Shown: positions 1 to 13,799, counted from the first letter of the stretch. The stretch: 64,000 nt of DNA from Paraspadella gotoi (GCA_051294375.1 CM119269.1:6585552-6649551), one strand, 5' to 3'. The notes: generated by a model not told the origin, from the sequence alone. Program-made: numbers and translations.

Positions 1-2694
1 TAAAGACATGAGGGATGGCCGTTGAGGAACGCGATCCATCAATTCGCTGAAAGTCTTGGGCTGGCATTTTCAGCCCAAAAGCATGGAAAGTTGAACTCAA
101 TAGTAGACCAAGAGGGGGTAATGGATTGGCAGTCTTGTGGCGTCCTCCCCTTGGCAACGGGGATTTGGATGAGTACCCCTTGCAGAGGTCAATCTTTGAG
201 AATATTGTTTTACCGCGCGCACGATCTGCATTAAAGTCCATGAGGTTGACGTATGGGGTAGCGGTCAATCAACAGTGGCGCCGTTAAGGCGGCTGTAGTC
301 CACCCACAAGGGCGGAGGGAGCCGTCTGGGTTTGGCGCGTGAAAAGTGAAGTGGTGATGGCCCAGCAGATGTGGAGCGGCGTATGATGCCAAGCTCCTCC
401 ATCTTCTGGAATTCTGCTTGGCGGCGGCAAGTTTCTGGGTCTGGGGGCCAAGGCGCCGGGCGGGCGGGCGTAGCGGGCGGGGCCCTTTTGTCGGAGAATC
501 GTGAGTGTTCTAACTCCGTGTTTTGGCGGTCGCGGCGTTGAAAGACCAGTTTGTCAGTTTCCGGTCGCCATCATGCGTACCCAAGTAGCGCTGATAGGCG
601 TCGGCGGACGTGTGGACCGAGGCAGGCGTGGTGTGAGCATTGGCGGAGTGGCCGCAATGACGGTATAGTCATGCGAGGTTTAGGAGGATGCGGCGCGGTT
701 TGATCGACGCCAAGGTGATGCTCCATCAAGAAAATCGCGCCGAGGATGGGCGGTGGCTAACGTCGGCGATGGCGACGAGGTAAGGGTAGGCTCTGGAACA
801 AGGCGGATCCTGCAATCTCGCGGATGCCATAAATCTTGATGGGCGTGTTGTTTGGCCGGCGTGGAGGGTAGGGAAGTTGGCGCGGCTGAGAGTGCCGCCT
901 TAACGGCGGCGGGGTCTTCGGCTGCCTTTTTGCGCGATCAGAGTTTGTGGCAGGGAGGAGGGTGGATCATATCGGAACCACCGTCGTACGAGCCATCCCA
1001 CGCGGCCGGTCAGGGTCGCGCAGATAAAAAAGTTTTAGAGTGAGATTGGCACGGCGAACCGGGGCGACTAGCGGCCGCCGGCAGTTGGCATTTGACGCCA
1101 TGCCTGCAGGATGAACCGCTGCACAGCTGCGTGCTTAGCTCCAAGACGTAGTGAAAGATACATCGACTTTCATTGTGAGGAAAGAGGGTATTGGCACGGA
1201 GTGTGTCTGCTTGGATTGTCGCTTGGCGTTGTTTGTTGTTGTTGAAGGTCGGCGTTGTTGTTGTTGTTTGATTCCTTTAAGCGAGTGGACTTGAAAGGTC
1301 CCGTTTTGACTGCATTGGCGTATGATGTTGGGCGGTTGGAGGCATCGAGTCTGCAACTTCTCTGGGGTTCCAGCGGCTCGTCAGAGTGTCCTCGAAATGC
1401 CGCGTAAAAACCCCAGGCGTTTACCGTTGCTGTTTGGCTTAGAAGTTGCCCAGAAAGGAAGTGAAGAAGGGTGTTGCGGTTTTTGCAACATGTCGAGGTT
1501 GTCTTTCTATCCTTGAGGACCGTGGTCACGGACTGAATGAAGGGAGTGAGCAACAAGGAGAGCCTTTAAGAAATGTCCGTCAATGGTGAGGTTCTGGCTC
1601 TGGGACTTTAGGGCGCAAGTGTTGGAGGGGAGTGCTTCCCTTCAGCGACGCTCATCTTGAGGAGTATGGCGGCGCGTTGGCATCTTGGCATCGCCATAAA
1701 CCTCCTTCAGATGCCTTCACCAACCTTGCCGTAGGCGCCAGCCGCTTTGTCTTTTCTTTATGTCGGGATTTGAGATGGCGATGGCGTCTGTAGGGATCAA
1801 CGCGAAAGGATGTGGTTGCCGTTCTTTGACGCGGTCATGCGACGACGTCGGCAACCTTCAAAGGCGGTGTCGGGCCGCCTCAAGCCATTCATCGAATGTG
1901 TCGGGGTCGAAGTGGAGTCAACTTCGTGTCCTAGGTCCGTGGCGGGCGGCGTCCCCTCGCTGGGGGGCGGTATCGACAGGGGCGTTCCCGTTGGCGCCGG
2001 CGCGCACAAGAAGACCGGGATGGCGTGGCAGGGCGATGCAGGGGAAAGAACATCGCTGAGTTAGTTCGGGGGCGATGCGATCATCTCCTGTCAAGCCGCA
2101 CCTATGTCGTCGCTAATTTTCATCATTTGTTCTTCAAGGTTTTGCAGACGTGCCTGACTTGCCCTGGTTGGGTGTGCCCGGGGGGTTGGCTAGCAGAAGA
2201 ACAAGGAGCCGCTGCTGGGGTCGTAGGGTCGAGGAAGGTTCACACCGACGCTGAAGTGGAAGATTTAGCTTCCGTTGGACTTTGAAGTGCGCCGGGCGCA
2301 TAGTCTTTTTTTTTTCAAAAAAAAATTTCTTTTTGGAATGTGAGATAGATAAAAGTTTTTGATTTTTTGTAGAAAAGTTTTTTTTTTTTTTATTATTAAT
2401 TTTTATTTTTTTATTTTTTTGCGTCGTGGCTGCACGCACGTGTGGCAAGGATTTTAATCAGGCCCCAGACGAAAGTTCAGATCAAGCAATGGTTTATTCT
2501 TCAAGAGTAATTAACAAAAAGTCAATAACAAGAGATGCTAAAGTCTAAGCATAAATACAAAAGAGAGAGAGAACCGTTATAAGGTCAACGAAGGTCACAC
2601 GGTTAGTGAGAGAGAAGTGAGAGAGAGAGGGAACAATGGAATTGGTTTTCTCGAGATTTTCGATGAGTGAAGGTTGCGTGTGGTTACTGCCACA
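1..2694 (-). mobile_element. Partial Ty3/Gypsy LTR retrotransposon (5' LTR 2441-2694, gag/protease and part of RT), a duplicate of 9682-12375
   Basis: All ORFs in the track recur at offset 9681. The LTR is bounded by TGTGGCA...TGCCACA. RT fragment FSKIDLCKGY is on the minus strand. Confidence 0.85.
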
Positions 2695-3105
2695 AAACAA
2701 ATCTTGATTTTAAATCTAAAAAAGAGCAGGAATTGTATATTATCGGTTGTATTTTCAAATCGGCGTATTATTCATAACAAATCTATTCAAACATTAATTA
2801 TTAAGTCGATTTTTCTTCTTGACGTCGCCCTGAGGAAAAGCCCTCGACACCCGTAGCCAGCGCTCCCGTTGCCCGCACAGGACCCATCTTAGAGCTCCTT
2901 CCCATCCGCCCCCTCCTATTCCACGCCGTGCTCCTTCCATCAATCTCCGCTCCGGTGGCCGATTCCCATCCGTCTCGGCAGAGTCGTCGGTCGCTGCCCG
3001 TTTCGAACGAATCTTCTTGGGCAACAGGCATGCGCATATTGGCTACGAGAGATGCTTGGCCGTCCGAGTGGATGAGGGAGACGCCAGAGAGAGAGGACGA
3101 GGATC
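1..3105. repeat. Apparently identical duplicate of 9682-12786, probably assembly redundancy
   Basis: Same sequence including the apparent indel errors, ending at a 25-N gap (3106-3130). Confidence 0.85.
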
Positions 3106-4139
3106 NNNNNNNNNNNNNNNNNNNNNNNNNCCGACGGCGATCATCACGATCTGGACGACCTGTTTGGGGGCGAAGAGGACATCAACTTCTTCGCTGGACG
3201 CTTACAGTTTCCACTCCCATGCGTTATTTTCTGAAAATTCAGCAGTGGGATTTTTTTAAGTTTTCTTTTCTTAACAATGTCTAAACTGAAAGCCAATGGG
3301 GAAAAGATCCTCAACAGATGTGCTCATCGGAATGACGAAACTAGTTAGATCACCAACTTATTTTAGATAAAAAAAAAAAATAAATTGCTATGAACTGTTC
3401 AAAATTTAATTCATGATTCTGACCAACATCTCACAAATCCGCCTTTATGAGTGATGTATATGTAAAATTTTAAAAAATGTAGCAAAATAAAATGATAAGT
3501 TCATGCCTAACTTGTTTAAAAATGTTTTTTTTTGCCAATTTTTAAGTGGTTTACGAATTGTCCCATTTAAATTTTAACCCAATAGGCGAATAGACGCTAC
3601 GTTGAGTACTACTTTTTATGTTTCAAAATATCAGCTCATTGGACGGGAAAATACGAAGAATTATTTGATCGCCTGGAAAAGGACAACTCTACGCTTCGGG
3701 GTACTATACGTTCTAATTAAACAGGTAGTAATTATGTGTGTACCATATAACTTTGACTTGGGCTAACAGAAATCGAGAAAAATATCGTTAGTATTCAGTT
3801 TTTCGAGGGCTTTCAGACAAGCTACTTTTTTTAAAAATATCTCGTCTGAAGTAGACAACGTACGATTAATTCGAATGAGACGTGGGCGAAGGATTCAAAA
3901 CTTTAAGACGTGCAAGCCTAAACCCAGTAACAACAAATAAGATGAAAGAGAAAAGTCGATAATTTCTTGAATATCATAGAGTTATCATATACTAATATAA
4001 ATATATATGATTTTTTAATCATCTTATAGTATTTGATGATTACAGCCATAGAGCATATAAAAAAGTGTATATACACGATGCTTGTTCGCGCATTCGTTTG
4101 AGGAGAGAGTTTAACACGCAAATCAAACAAAAAGTAATA

Positions 4140-4965
4140 AAATGATAATGATTACAAGAATAGTTTTTCATATTTTTCACCCCACTTATAAATCAAAATA
4201 GTCGAAAAAAAGAATTATACTTTGGTGTAGACAACTTTTTGGCCAAGCTAGCCTCGAATCTTGATCTTAAATAAAAAAATTCTCATAAAAATTTTACCTT
4301 CTTTCCTATTTAATATAATAGATATTAAAAGATTAATATATGAGTGATGGTAATATATTAAAATTTTTTGTCCTTGTTAAAATTTTTATTTGTTACGAGA
4401 TAGTCTCTCGGTGTTTGATGCCCTTTTTATTATGAGAGTTGTATTTTTGTTGGGCTTACGAAGTATCTGATTGATCAACGTATTCTTAAACGTCGCTCTC
4501 TGAATTGTTAGGTCCTTTATGTTGTACCTTAACCAAAGATATAAAAGAGATGTGCTACCTAAAACCCTAAGAGGATAAGTACATGATTCGTGACAGTTCG
4601 GTAAGCATTTAAAAATGATATATTTGTAATTTTATGGTTAAACTTAAAGTTGACATTTTTATGAATAAGTTCTTTTTTTTTTTTGTATATGCTTAGAATA
4701 ATCTCGCCTTCTACTTGATTTCACGTCTCACGCTCATGTTATGTCTACTACGAATAAATATTAACCAAAATTTACATTTCTTCGAATCGTCTAATAAATA
4801 AATAGCAAGTCAGAAAACAACAGCTCGCTCCGGCGTTACGGTAAAAATCCTCAATACTGTCATTCAAATTTCTTTAAAAAAATGTTTAAAGTTTTGTTTG
4901 ACAGGTGCTATAATTCAAATTCTATCTTAACCTACCTTACAGGGATCAAGGGCTCCCCATACTTG
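4140..4965. repeat. AT-rich dispersed repeat; a shorter, internally deleted relative lies at ~39060-39340
   Basis: AATAGTTTTTCATATTTTTCACCC...GTGTAGACAACTTTTTG... and CAGGTG...CCTTAC...GCTCCCC occur at both loci. Confidence 0.65.
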
Positions 4966-5344
4966 AAAGTAAAGACTAAAAGTAAAAGTAAAAAACATTA
5001 AGCGATGGATCGGGGAGAACAGTTCCAAGCAATGTTGTAGCTCTCACTGTTGAAGTGAAAGTAAACCGGAAGACAATGATATTCTATACATAAAAAATAT
5101 ATATGCTTTTGGTGTTCTAAGTATCTTTTTTTCAAAATTCTTGGTAATTTTTCTAGCTGCGGGTTTCCAAAATGGTCACCATGTACTAAAATTTTTCTTA
5201 TGAGCGTTAGTAGTTAGTGTTCTTGTTGCGTCTGCCAATCAAAAATGTGTATTCAATCCATATTGGATGTTGGTATTGTAAACATCACAAATTAACTCTG
5301 CTTATTTGGCTATAATAAGTTTTCTTTTAAATAATAAGGCACTT

Positions 5345-5625
5345 ATGGCAACAGCCGGGTTGCCTTGATGCCCATTGGGAGATGGGGCATCTCAACTGTT
5401 GGCTTTGGGGGCTTCCGACCCCTCAGTGACGCCTCCATGTTCAGCTGCGCGGTTCCCTAGGAGGTTCTCGCTTTGCCAACACAGAGGGATAGTCGTTAGA
5501 CTGTGGATGGAACACTAACGCTTGGGAATGGTGTGTTCCCCCTCCTGAGCCAATGGATTTGGCTGGAGGATGACGGACGTGAGCGGTGTGAATATACCGC
5601 CACACAACTATAAAAACTGTTATTT
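5345..5625. repeat. Dispersed hairpin-rich short repeat (also 15760-16030 and inverted at ~25935-26135)
   Basis: Shared blocks GCAACAGCCGGGTTGC, GCATCTCA, CCCTCAGTG, GTGGATGGAAC and AGCCAATGG(G)ATT(T)GGCT. Confidence 0.7.
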
Positions 5626-6959
5626 AATACAAGTTGCAAGCAGAGAGTAGATATAGGCGAAAATCTGCTTTAAAAAAAATTCAACATTTTTCCTAGTATT
5701 GTAGTTACCTTCTTTTGTTGTTAGTGTGTCCGCCTGTCCCCACTCAAACAGGTCAGGCGGAGACGCTCTCAGCAGGCAATGGACGTCGCGATGCCACCTC
5801 CCGAACCTGCAAGCAACCTTGTTGCGACTCTCCTCGCATGGAGCGCCGCCTAAAAAACGACGCGCTGTAGGTAGGAGGGAGAGGAGTCTGTAATCTCCTG
5901 TCCCGAAACAGGCCAGAACTTGGCAACTACCCCGCCTGCAACCGTCAGGTGAAGAGGACTCTCCGGCAGGCTTATCAGGTCAGAGAGATATTCGCGTGGC
6001 GCGTGGATCCCTACCAGATCCTAGACTGTCTCACTACCACCCACAATATCCTCTCAGCAAATTCACTAAACTATTTAAAAATTTTTTATAACAAACGTAA
6101 AAAAACTTTAATTAGCATTTAAAAAAAATCCTGCCTTTATCGAATTTTACTGCCGCTACCACATTAAGTTGTCTCATGGGTATACTTTAAAGATTTTATA
6201 GGTTTCAGAGATGGCACTTTTTTTGTTTCTTTCACATCCTCCCTGCACTACCATGTAAGAGGAAGTCAGAATCGGCGAAAATCTAATTAGGCGAGAATGT
6301 TGAAAAAAAGGGAAAGGAATTTTGGTTGTTCTTGTTCGATTCTTCTAAACCCAAGGGCCAATTTAGACGTAACTTAAGATTTACATTATTCCAGTCATTC
6401 TCATCCAAAAATATAAAATATTATGAAAAAAGATTTGGGATCGACTATCGGAATTAGTTCTATGAGAAAAAAAAAAAATCTTATAAAAAACTATTTAGAA
6501 CTGCTGGGAAAAAAAAAAAGAATCAGTCATTAGTAAGTTAACCACTCAAAAAGAAATCACAACCGAAACTGAAACGACAAGCAAAGAAAGCCAATAAACC
6601 TGCACTACGGGTGCGGTTGTCGGCTCCCGCGGCGCTGAGCATCATCTTGTAGGGATGTGAAGGTCGAGCGTCGAGTCGTAGCAGAATTCGTTACAAAACA
6701 GCGTAGATGGTGTCGTCGAAAAATCTTCATGTCCACCGGAAAAAACTTTGAAGAAATTAAAAGTTGATTATTGATTTATGAATGAGCTTATAAATAGTTC
6801 TATTTGTTAGTTAAATTAATTCATAAATTTATTCCTACTCGCTCAATTCATTCATTCTTTCAATCTTTCGTTATTCGTAATCAAAATTTAATTTAATTGC
6901 TTTATTCATTGATGAAAAATTGAGAAAAATGTACAATATCAGTCAAAATGTAGTAAAAT

Positions 6960-7200
6960 TGTGGCAGGATTTAATCAGACGAAGTTCAGATCAAGAATGG
7001 TTTATTCTTCAAAGAGTATTTACAAAAGTCAATAAAAGATGCTAATGTCTAAGCATAAAAGTACAAGAGAGAGAGAAACCCGTTCATAAGGTCAACGAGG
7101 TCACACGGTTAGTGAAAGAGAGTGAGAGAGAGAGGGAACAATGGAATTGTTTCTCGAGATTTTCGAAATGAGTGAAGGTTGCGTGTGGTTTACTGCCACA
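6960..7200 (-). repeat. 3' LTR (~240 bp)
   Basis: TGTGGCAG...CTGCCACA; direct repeat of 12122-12375 and 2441-2694. Confidence 0.9.
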
Positions 7201-10200
7201 CATGCCCCCTAACCGAGGCTGTTGACCCGGTGGGGAGAAGTCTTGAGAATTGTTGAATGTTTTCGTCTTGTCGGGAGGCCTTGAAGGCATCGACGTGGAA
7301 GAATATTTGTCAGTGCCTTGGGACCTGATTTGCTTGAACCGTAACATTGCGGAGAATGCATCTGGGTGGGCGTAGTGCCGGTGGAGGCGGTGGACGCTAC
7401 AGGCGGGTGTCTCGGGAGGTGGAGGTAGATTGGTGGGGGGCGTCGCGCGTGGCGCTGTGAGGCGGCGGAAGCGGAACGGAGGCTGTCAATGACCGCTGGC
7501 CTTCCAGGCGGTCGACAGAGATCGTCTGCCACCCATCGTCCTGGTATTTCTACTTTAAAGGTTTTGGTTCTGCTGTCGTTCAACGACCATGTAGCGGGCC
7601 GTTTTCATAGCTGGAATGGCTGGAAGAGGGGTTGAATGCCCCGTCGGCGGCTGGATATAGACGCGCGTGGCGCGGCGAGCGTCTCTGGAATTTGAGGAGG
7701 GTACCTTGTGTGCGCATGGCTGTTGGGAAGAAGGCTGCATAAGAGGCGACATCGCGTGCGTACTCTTCGAGAATGCCCGCGCTCGGCGTCGGCGTCAAGC
7801 GTCAGTCGCCGGGACCGGGAAGTAGCTGTCCTTGGAGCGTCAGCCGTCCTCCCCAGGCGCCTAACTGCGGCCGGGAGATGTCTGTGTCGTCTCTTGGTGT
7901 TGGCACGGAAGGCTGGAGCAGCGTCCGAAGGGAGTTGCTGGAGCCAGTTGTTGCCGAGCGGCTCAACAACGCGCTCGTAGCGCCGCCTTGAGGGTGCGTT
8001 GGAGCCTTTCTACCATACCCATTTGAACTGGGAGGTAGGCCGTCGTAGTGCGGGGTCAAAACCATCACGCACCGATGTGCGTGCCGACTTGACTGCCAAA
8101 CAATTCTGACGTAAGATTGCGCGCGCCTGGCTATCTGTCGTGACAACAGCTAGGGACGCCAAACGTGAAGACCCAGTAAAAGGAGGAAGGGCTATTGGCG
8201 ATTGAGAAGGCGGAGGTGTCACGCAGTGGCGTCCACTTCCGGCCAGCGGGGTAAAGCGAATCGAGTATGGTGAGTAGGTGGGTGTGACCGGAAGCAGCAG
8301 GCAGTGGGCCAACGAGAGTGACATGACGTGAGCGAAATCGTTTTCGTCGGCGGTTTAGGAATTGTTGAAGGGGGGCGCGGACTGTGTCCGCTGGACTTTG
8401 GCGCTGCTGGCACGTGTCGCACGGCCTCGGCCCATCGCCCGACGTCACTGAAACAGAGGGCCATACAAAAACGTTTTGAAACGAGAGTTTTTGATAGCCT
8501 TGATGCCAGGATGGCGCGACGTTAGGGTGGCGTCGAAAACTCCGGCGCATCCATGTCTGCAGGAACAAGAGGGCGTGGCCCGCGTACTGGAAATGTCCGC
8601 ACCACAAGAGAGGCGCGGCCGATGTGAATGCATTTAAGGCGGAGCGCAGTGTGGGGATCATTGAAGGAGGACCGATTGACGTCAATCGCGTTCTCTGATC
8701 GGCCGCCATCGCCTCCAGGTTGATGCTGGTTGTGCCAAATGGCGTTGACGGTGGAGACGACCGTCATCTTTGGCACGATCTTCCTGATTGGATTTGAGCT
8801 GAGAGGTGGATGCTGATTGCTGGTGAGATGGCGTGCTTGGTGGGGCGGGAGAGGGGCATGCGGCAACGACATTTGCCTTTCCAGAAATATGTCTAATTTC
8901 GCCTGGTAAATTCAGCAATTCCGCGCGAGTTGATACGTTTGGCGCATCGTGTGTGGTTCCGCCTTTTTCCTGATTGCCGAACGAGCCGAGATGTGGTCCG
9001 CTGTAGCAACAGTAAAACGCGTCCTTCAACAAAAGGGCGGAAATGGCGAATGGCTGCGTGGGCGGCGTAAAAGTTCCTTGTCAAAGGAGGCCAATTCTCT
9101 GGGAGCGCCTTTTGAGTGACGCTTGAGAAGAACGCCAAGTGCTGCCAGATGTTGCACAAACTTGCCTGCTCCAGGCAGCGCCAATTGCGACATCAGAGGC
9201 ATATCGACGGTGAGAGCCAGGGAGCGGCTGTCAATTGGATGAACCAGGAGGGTGGCGTCGCAAGGGCATTTTTGATGGCGACAAAAGCGGCTCGTCCTGC
9301 GGCGCCGGCCCATTCAAAAGGAGCGGCCGCTTGCCTGTTGGAGGCAGGTCGTGGAGCGGAGAGAGGTGGTGGGTCTGCCAATGAGGATGAAACGGTCCTA
9401 TAATAGTGGTGAGGCAATTCCGCAAAAACCTCTGTATTCGCTTGGTGGTGTGGGACGCGGGCATGCAGCGGATGCATCGACCTTTGATTGAAGCTGGTTT
9501 GATTCCATGTTGGTCGACTTGATAGCCAAAGAAATCAAGCTAGAGGCGCCCGAAGACAGCAACTTGGCCGCGGTTACGCAACGAGGCCATTGTTTGCAAG
9601 GGCGTTGAAGACTCCGCTGAGGTCCTCCAGCGGTGCTCTCGCCTGCGAACTTGAAGCTATGAGGAGGTCATCAAGGTAGAATAAAGACATGAGGGATGGC
9701 CGTTGAGGAACGCGATCCATCAATTCGCTGAAAGTCTTGGGCTGGCATTTTCAGCCCAAAAGCATGGAAAGTTGAACTCAATAGTAGACCAAGAGGGGGT
9801 AATGGATTGGCAGTCTTGTGGCGTCCTCCCCTTGGCAACGGGGATTTGGATGAGTACCCCTTGCAGAGGTCAATCTTTGAGAATATTGTTTTACCGCGCG
9901 CACGATCTGCATTAAAGTCCATGAGGTTGACGTATGGGGTAGCGGTCAATCAACAGTGGCGCCGTTAAGGCGGCTGTAGTCCACCCACAAGGGCGGAGGG
10001 AGCCGTCTGGGTTTGGCGCGTGAAAAGTGAAGTGGTGATGGCCCAGCAGATGTGGAGCGGCGTATGATGCCAAGCTCCTCCATCTTCTGGAATTCTGCTT
10101 GGCGGCGGCAAGTTTCTGGGTCTGGGGGCCAAGGCGCCGGGCGGGCGGGCGTAGCGGGCGGGGCCCTTTTGTCGGAGAATCGTGAGTGTTCTAACTCCGT

Positions 10201-12121
10201 GTTTTGGCGGTCGCGGCGTTGAAAGACCAGTTTGTCAGTTTCCGGTCGCCATCATGCGTACCCAAGTAGCGCTGATAGGCGTCGGCGGACGTGTGGACCG
10301 AGGCAGGCGTGGTGTGAGCATTGGCGGAGTGGCCGCAATGACGGTATAGTCATGCGAGGTTTAGGAGGATGCGGCGCGGTTTGATCGACGCCAAGGTGAT
10401 GCTCCATCAAGAAAATCGCGCCGAGGATGGGCGGTGGCTAACGTCGGCGATGGCGACGAGGTAAGGGTAGGCTCTGGAACAAGGCGGATCCTGCAATCTC
10501 GCGGATGCCATAAATCTTGATGGGCGTGTTGTTTGGCCGGCGTGGAGGGTAGGGAAGTTGGCGCGGCTGAGAGTGCCGCCTTAACGGCGGCGGGGTCTTC
10601 GGCTGCCTTTTTGCGCGATCAGAGTTTGTGGCAGGGAGGAGGGTGGATCATATCGGAACCACCGTCGTACGAGCCATCCCACGCGGCCGGTCAGGGTCGC
10701 GCAGATAAAAAAGTTTTAGAGTGAGATTGGCACGGCGAACCGGGGCGACTAGCGGCCGCCGGCAGTTGGCATTTGACGCCATGCCTGCAGGATGAACCGC
10801 TGCACAGCTGCGTGCTTAGCTCCAAGACGTAGTGAAAGATACATCGACTTTCATTGTGAGGAAAGAGGGTATTGGCACGGAGTGTGTCTGCTTGGATTGT
10901 CGCTTGGCGTTGTTTGTTGTTGTTGAAGGTCGGCGTTGTTGTTGTTGTTTGATTCCTTTAAGCGAGTGGACTTGAAAGGTCCCGTTTTGACTGCATTGGC
11001 GTATGATGTTGGGCGGTTGGAGGCATCGAGTCTGCAACTTCTCTGGGGTTCCAGCGGCTCGTCAGAGTGTCCTCGAAATGCCGCGTAAAAACCCCAGGCG
11101 TTTACCGTTGCTGTTTGGCTTAGAAGTTGCCCAGAAAGGAAGTGAAGAAGGGTGTTGCGGTTTTTGCAACATGTCGAGGTTGTCTTTCTATCCTTGAGGA
11201 CCGTGGTCACGGACTGAATGAAGGGAGTGAGCAACAAGGAGAGCCTTTAAGAAATGTCCGTCAATGGTGAGGTTCTGGCTCTGGGACTTTAGGGCGCAAG
11301 TGTTGGAGGGGAGTGCTTCCCTTCAGCGACGCTCATCTTGAGGAGTATGGCGGCGCGTTGGCATCTTGGCATCGCCATAAACCTCCTTCAGATGCCTTCA
11401 CCAACCTTGCCGTAGGCGCCAGCCGCTTTGTCTTTTCTTTATGTCGGGATTTGAGATGGCGATGGCGTCTGTAGGGATCAACGCGAAAGGATGTGGTTGC
11501 CGTTCTTTGACGCGGTCATGCGACGACGTCGGCAACCTTCAAAGGCGGTGTCGGGCCGCCTCAAGCCATTCATCGAATGTGTCGGGGTCGAAGTGGAGTC
11601 AACTTCGTGTCCTAGGTCCGTGGCGGGCGGCGTCCCCTCGCTGGGGGGCGGTATCGACAGGGGCGTTCCCGTTGGCGCCGGCGCGCACAAGAAGACCGGG
11701 ATGGCGTGGCAGGGCGATGCAGGGGAAAGAACATCGCTGAGTTAGTTCGGGGGCGATGCGATCATCTCCTGTCAAGCCGCACCTATGTCGTCGCTAATTT
11801 TCATCATTTGTTCTTCAAGGTTTTGCAGACGTGCCTGACTTGCCCTGGTTGGGTGTGCCCGGGGGGTTGGCTAGCAGAAGAACAAGGAGCCGCTGCTGGG
11901 GTCGTAGGGTCGAGGAAGGTTCACACCGACGCTGAAGTGGAAGATTTAGCTTCCGTTGGACTTTGAAGTGCGCCGGGCGCATAGTCTTTTTTTTTTCAAA
12001 AAAAAATTTCTTTTTGGAATGTGAGATAGATAAAAGTTTTTGATTTTTTGTAGAAAAGTTTTTTTTTTTTTTATTATTAATTTTTATTTTTTTATTTTTT
12101 TGCGTCGTGGCTGCACGCACG

Positions 12122-12375
12122 TGTGGCAAGGATTTTAATCAGGCCCCAGACGAAAGTTCAGATCAAGCAATGGTTTATTCTTCAAGAGTAATTAACAAAA
12201 AGTCAATAACAAGAGATGCTAAAGTCTAAGCATAAATACAAAAGAGAGAGAGAACCGTTATAAGGTCAACGAAGGTCACACGGTTAGTGAGAGAGAAGTG
12301 AGAGAGAGAGGGAACAATGGAATTGGTTTTCTCGAGATTTTCGATGAGTGAAGGTTGCGTGTGGTTACTGCCACA
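12122..12375 (-). repeat. 5' LTR (~250 bp)
   Basis: Direct repeat of 6960-7200, upstream of the gag region on the minus strand. Confidence 0.9.
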
Positions 12376-12481
12376 AAACAAATCTTGATTTTAAATCTAA
12401 AAAAGAGCAGGAATTGTATATTATCGGTTGTATTTTCAAATCGGCGTATTATTCATAACAAATCTATTCAAACATTAATTA

Positions 12482-13500
12482 TTAAGTCGATTTTTCTTCT
12501 TGACGTCGCCCTGAGGAAAAGCCCTCGACACCCGTAGCCAGCGCTCCCGTTGCCCGCACAGGACCCATCTTAGAGCTCCTTCCCATCCGCCCCCTCCTAT
12601 TCCACGCCGTGCTCCTTCCATCAATCTCCGCTCCGGTGGCCGATTCCCATCCGTCTCGGCAGAGTCGTCGGTCGCTGCCCGTTTCGAACGAATCTTCTTG
12701 GGCAACAGGCATGCGCATATTGGCTACGAGAGATGCTTGGCCGTCCGAGTGGATGAGGGAGACGCCAGAGAGAGAGGACGAGGATCCCGACGGCGACATC
12801 ACGATCTGGACGACCTGTTTGGGGGCGAAGAGGACATCAGACTTCTCGCTGGACGCTTACAGTTTCCACTCCGCATGCGTTATTTCTGAAAATTCAGCAG
12901 TGGGATTGTTTTTTTAAGTTTTTCTTTTTCTTACACAATGTCTATAACTGTAGCCAATGGGGGAAAAAAATCCGTCAAACTAGATGTGCTCATGCCGGAA
13001 ATGACGAAACTAGTTGATCCAAACCAACTTATTTTAGAATAAAAAAAGAAAAAATTACGCCAAATATACGAACGCCAAAAAAAATATTAATCAATTGCCT
13101 CCTTCATGCCGAACGGCAAAAAAAAAAAAAAACCCTCCNNNNNNNNNNNNNNNNNNNNNNNNNCCCCCCACTAAAAAATATCCTCCACACAAGATGATCC
13201 TCGGCAGACCCCGACGATACGTCGGGCCGACATATTAACCTTCCTTCCCTAAACCCCCTTCAACTCTCCACCCACGACTTGCCTCCAAGATGATCTTGGG
13301 CTTGGCGAGCCACGCAGTCTCGTCGCCGTATTCGACGGGGTTGATGTCGCCGAATCCGACGGTGGTGAATGTGCAGAAGGCAAAGTAAATGGAGTCCACC
13401 AAAGACCAGTTGGTGATGGAGAGCCAGACGAAGGAGCAAAGGAGGATGAAGATCAGGAGCAAGACGGTGGAGATCCAGATGGGGACGCTCTTGCGTTCGC
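12482..13500 (-). CDS. Duplicate 3' exons of the K2P channel (M3-P2 exon and M4/C-terminal exon)
   Basis: ERKSVPIWISTVLLLIFILLCSFVWLSITNWSLVDSIYFAFCTFTTVGFGDINP is a K2P M3 plus pore 2. It duplicates 17465-18480 and has no upstream K2P exons nearby. Confidence 0.7.
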
Positions 13501-13799
13501 TGCAAACGATATTTTTGAGACCCACCAGCAGATAAAGTATGCTTTGGCTAATTTTTGGTTAAAAAATCAACTCCCAGTTCTCTGCAATATTTAAGGTAGT
13601 AAATGACAATTGAATGTTGGTTATTAAAATTTTACCTGATGACAAAATTTTTTTTGAGATGAACCGAAACTCATATATGTTGTACACGGGCTACCAAAGG
13701 CCCCATGGCTAAGACCTGTAATATAAAATCATAAATATTAACTAATATAATAGTTATGACTCATTAAAAAAAAATTCTAAAAATATTTCCCTAGTAAAG

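Larger units (their letters stand above)
3385..6959. repeat. Duplicated ~3.6 kb segment (copy 1 of ~13800-17371)
   Basis: Collinear sequence. The differences are mostly single-base indels. Confidence 0.9.
6960..12375 (-). mobile_element. Full-length Ty3/Gypsy LTR retrotransposon, frameshifted (probably partly sequencing error)
   Basis: LTRs at 6960-7200 and 12122-12375 with TG...CA ends and TGTGGCA/TGCCACA inverted termini. A short purine tract (AGGGGG on minus) sits next to the 3' LTR. Minus-strand order is protease-like (~10670), RT (FSKIDLCKGY; YLDD at 9668-9679), RNase H (WQHLAFFS, FDKEL, AIRHFRPFVEGR), integrase (HPGIKA, LVGPLP, FGVP), i.e. the Gypsy order PR-RT-RH-INT. Confidence 0.92.

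Noticed and set aside
1-3130. Second independent retrotransposon insertion or tandem LTR array
   Set aside because: It appears identical to 9682-12786, including errors and host flank, and ends at a 25-N gap, so assembly redundancy is the simpler explanation.
7200-12120. Programmed frameshifting or pseudogenisation of pol
   Set aside because: The indel density matches that between duplicated non-coding copies nearby, so it cannot be separated from sequencing error.
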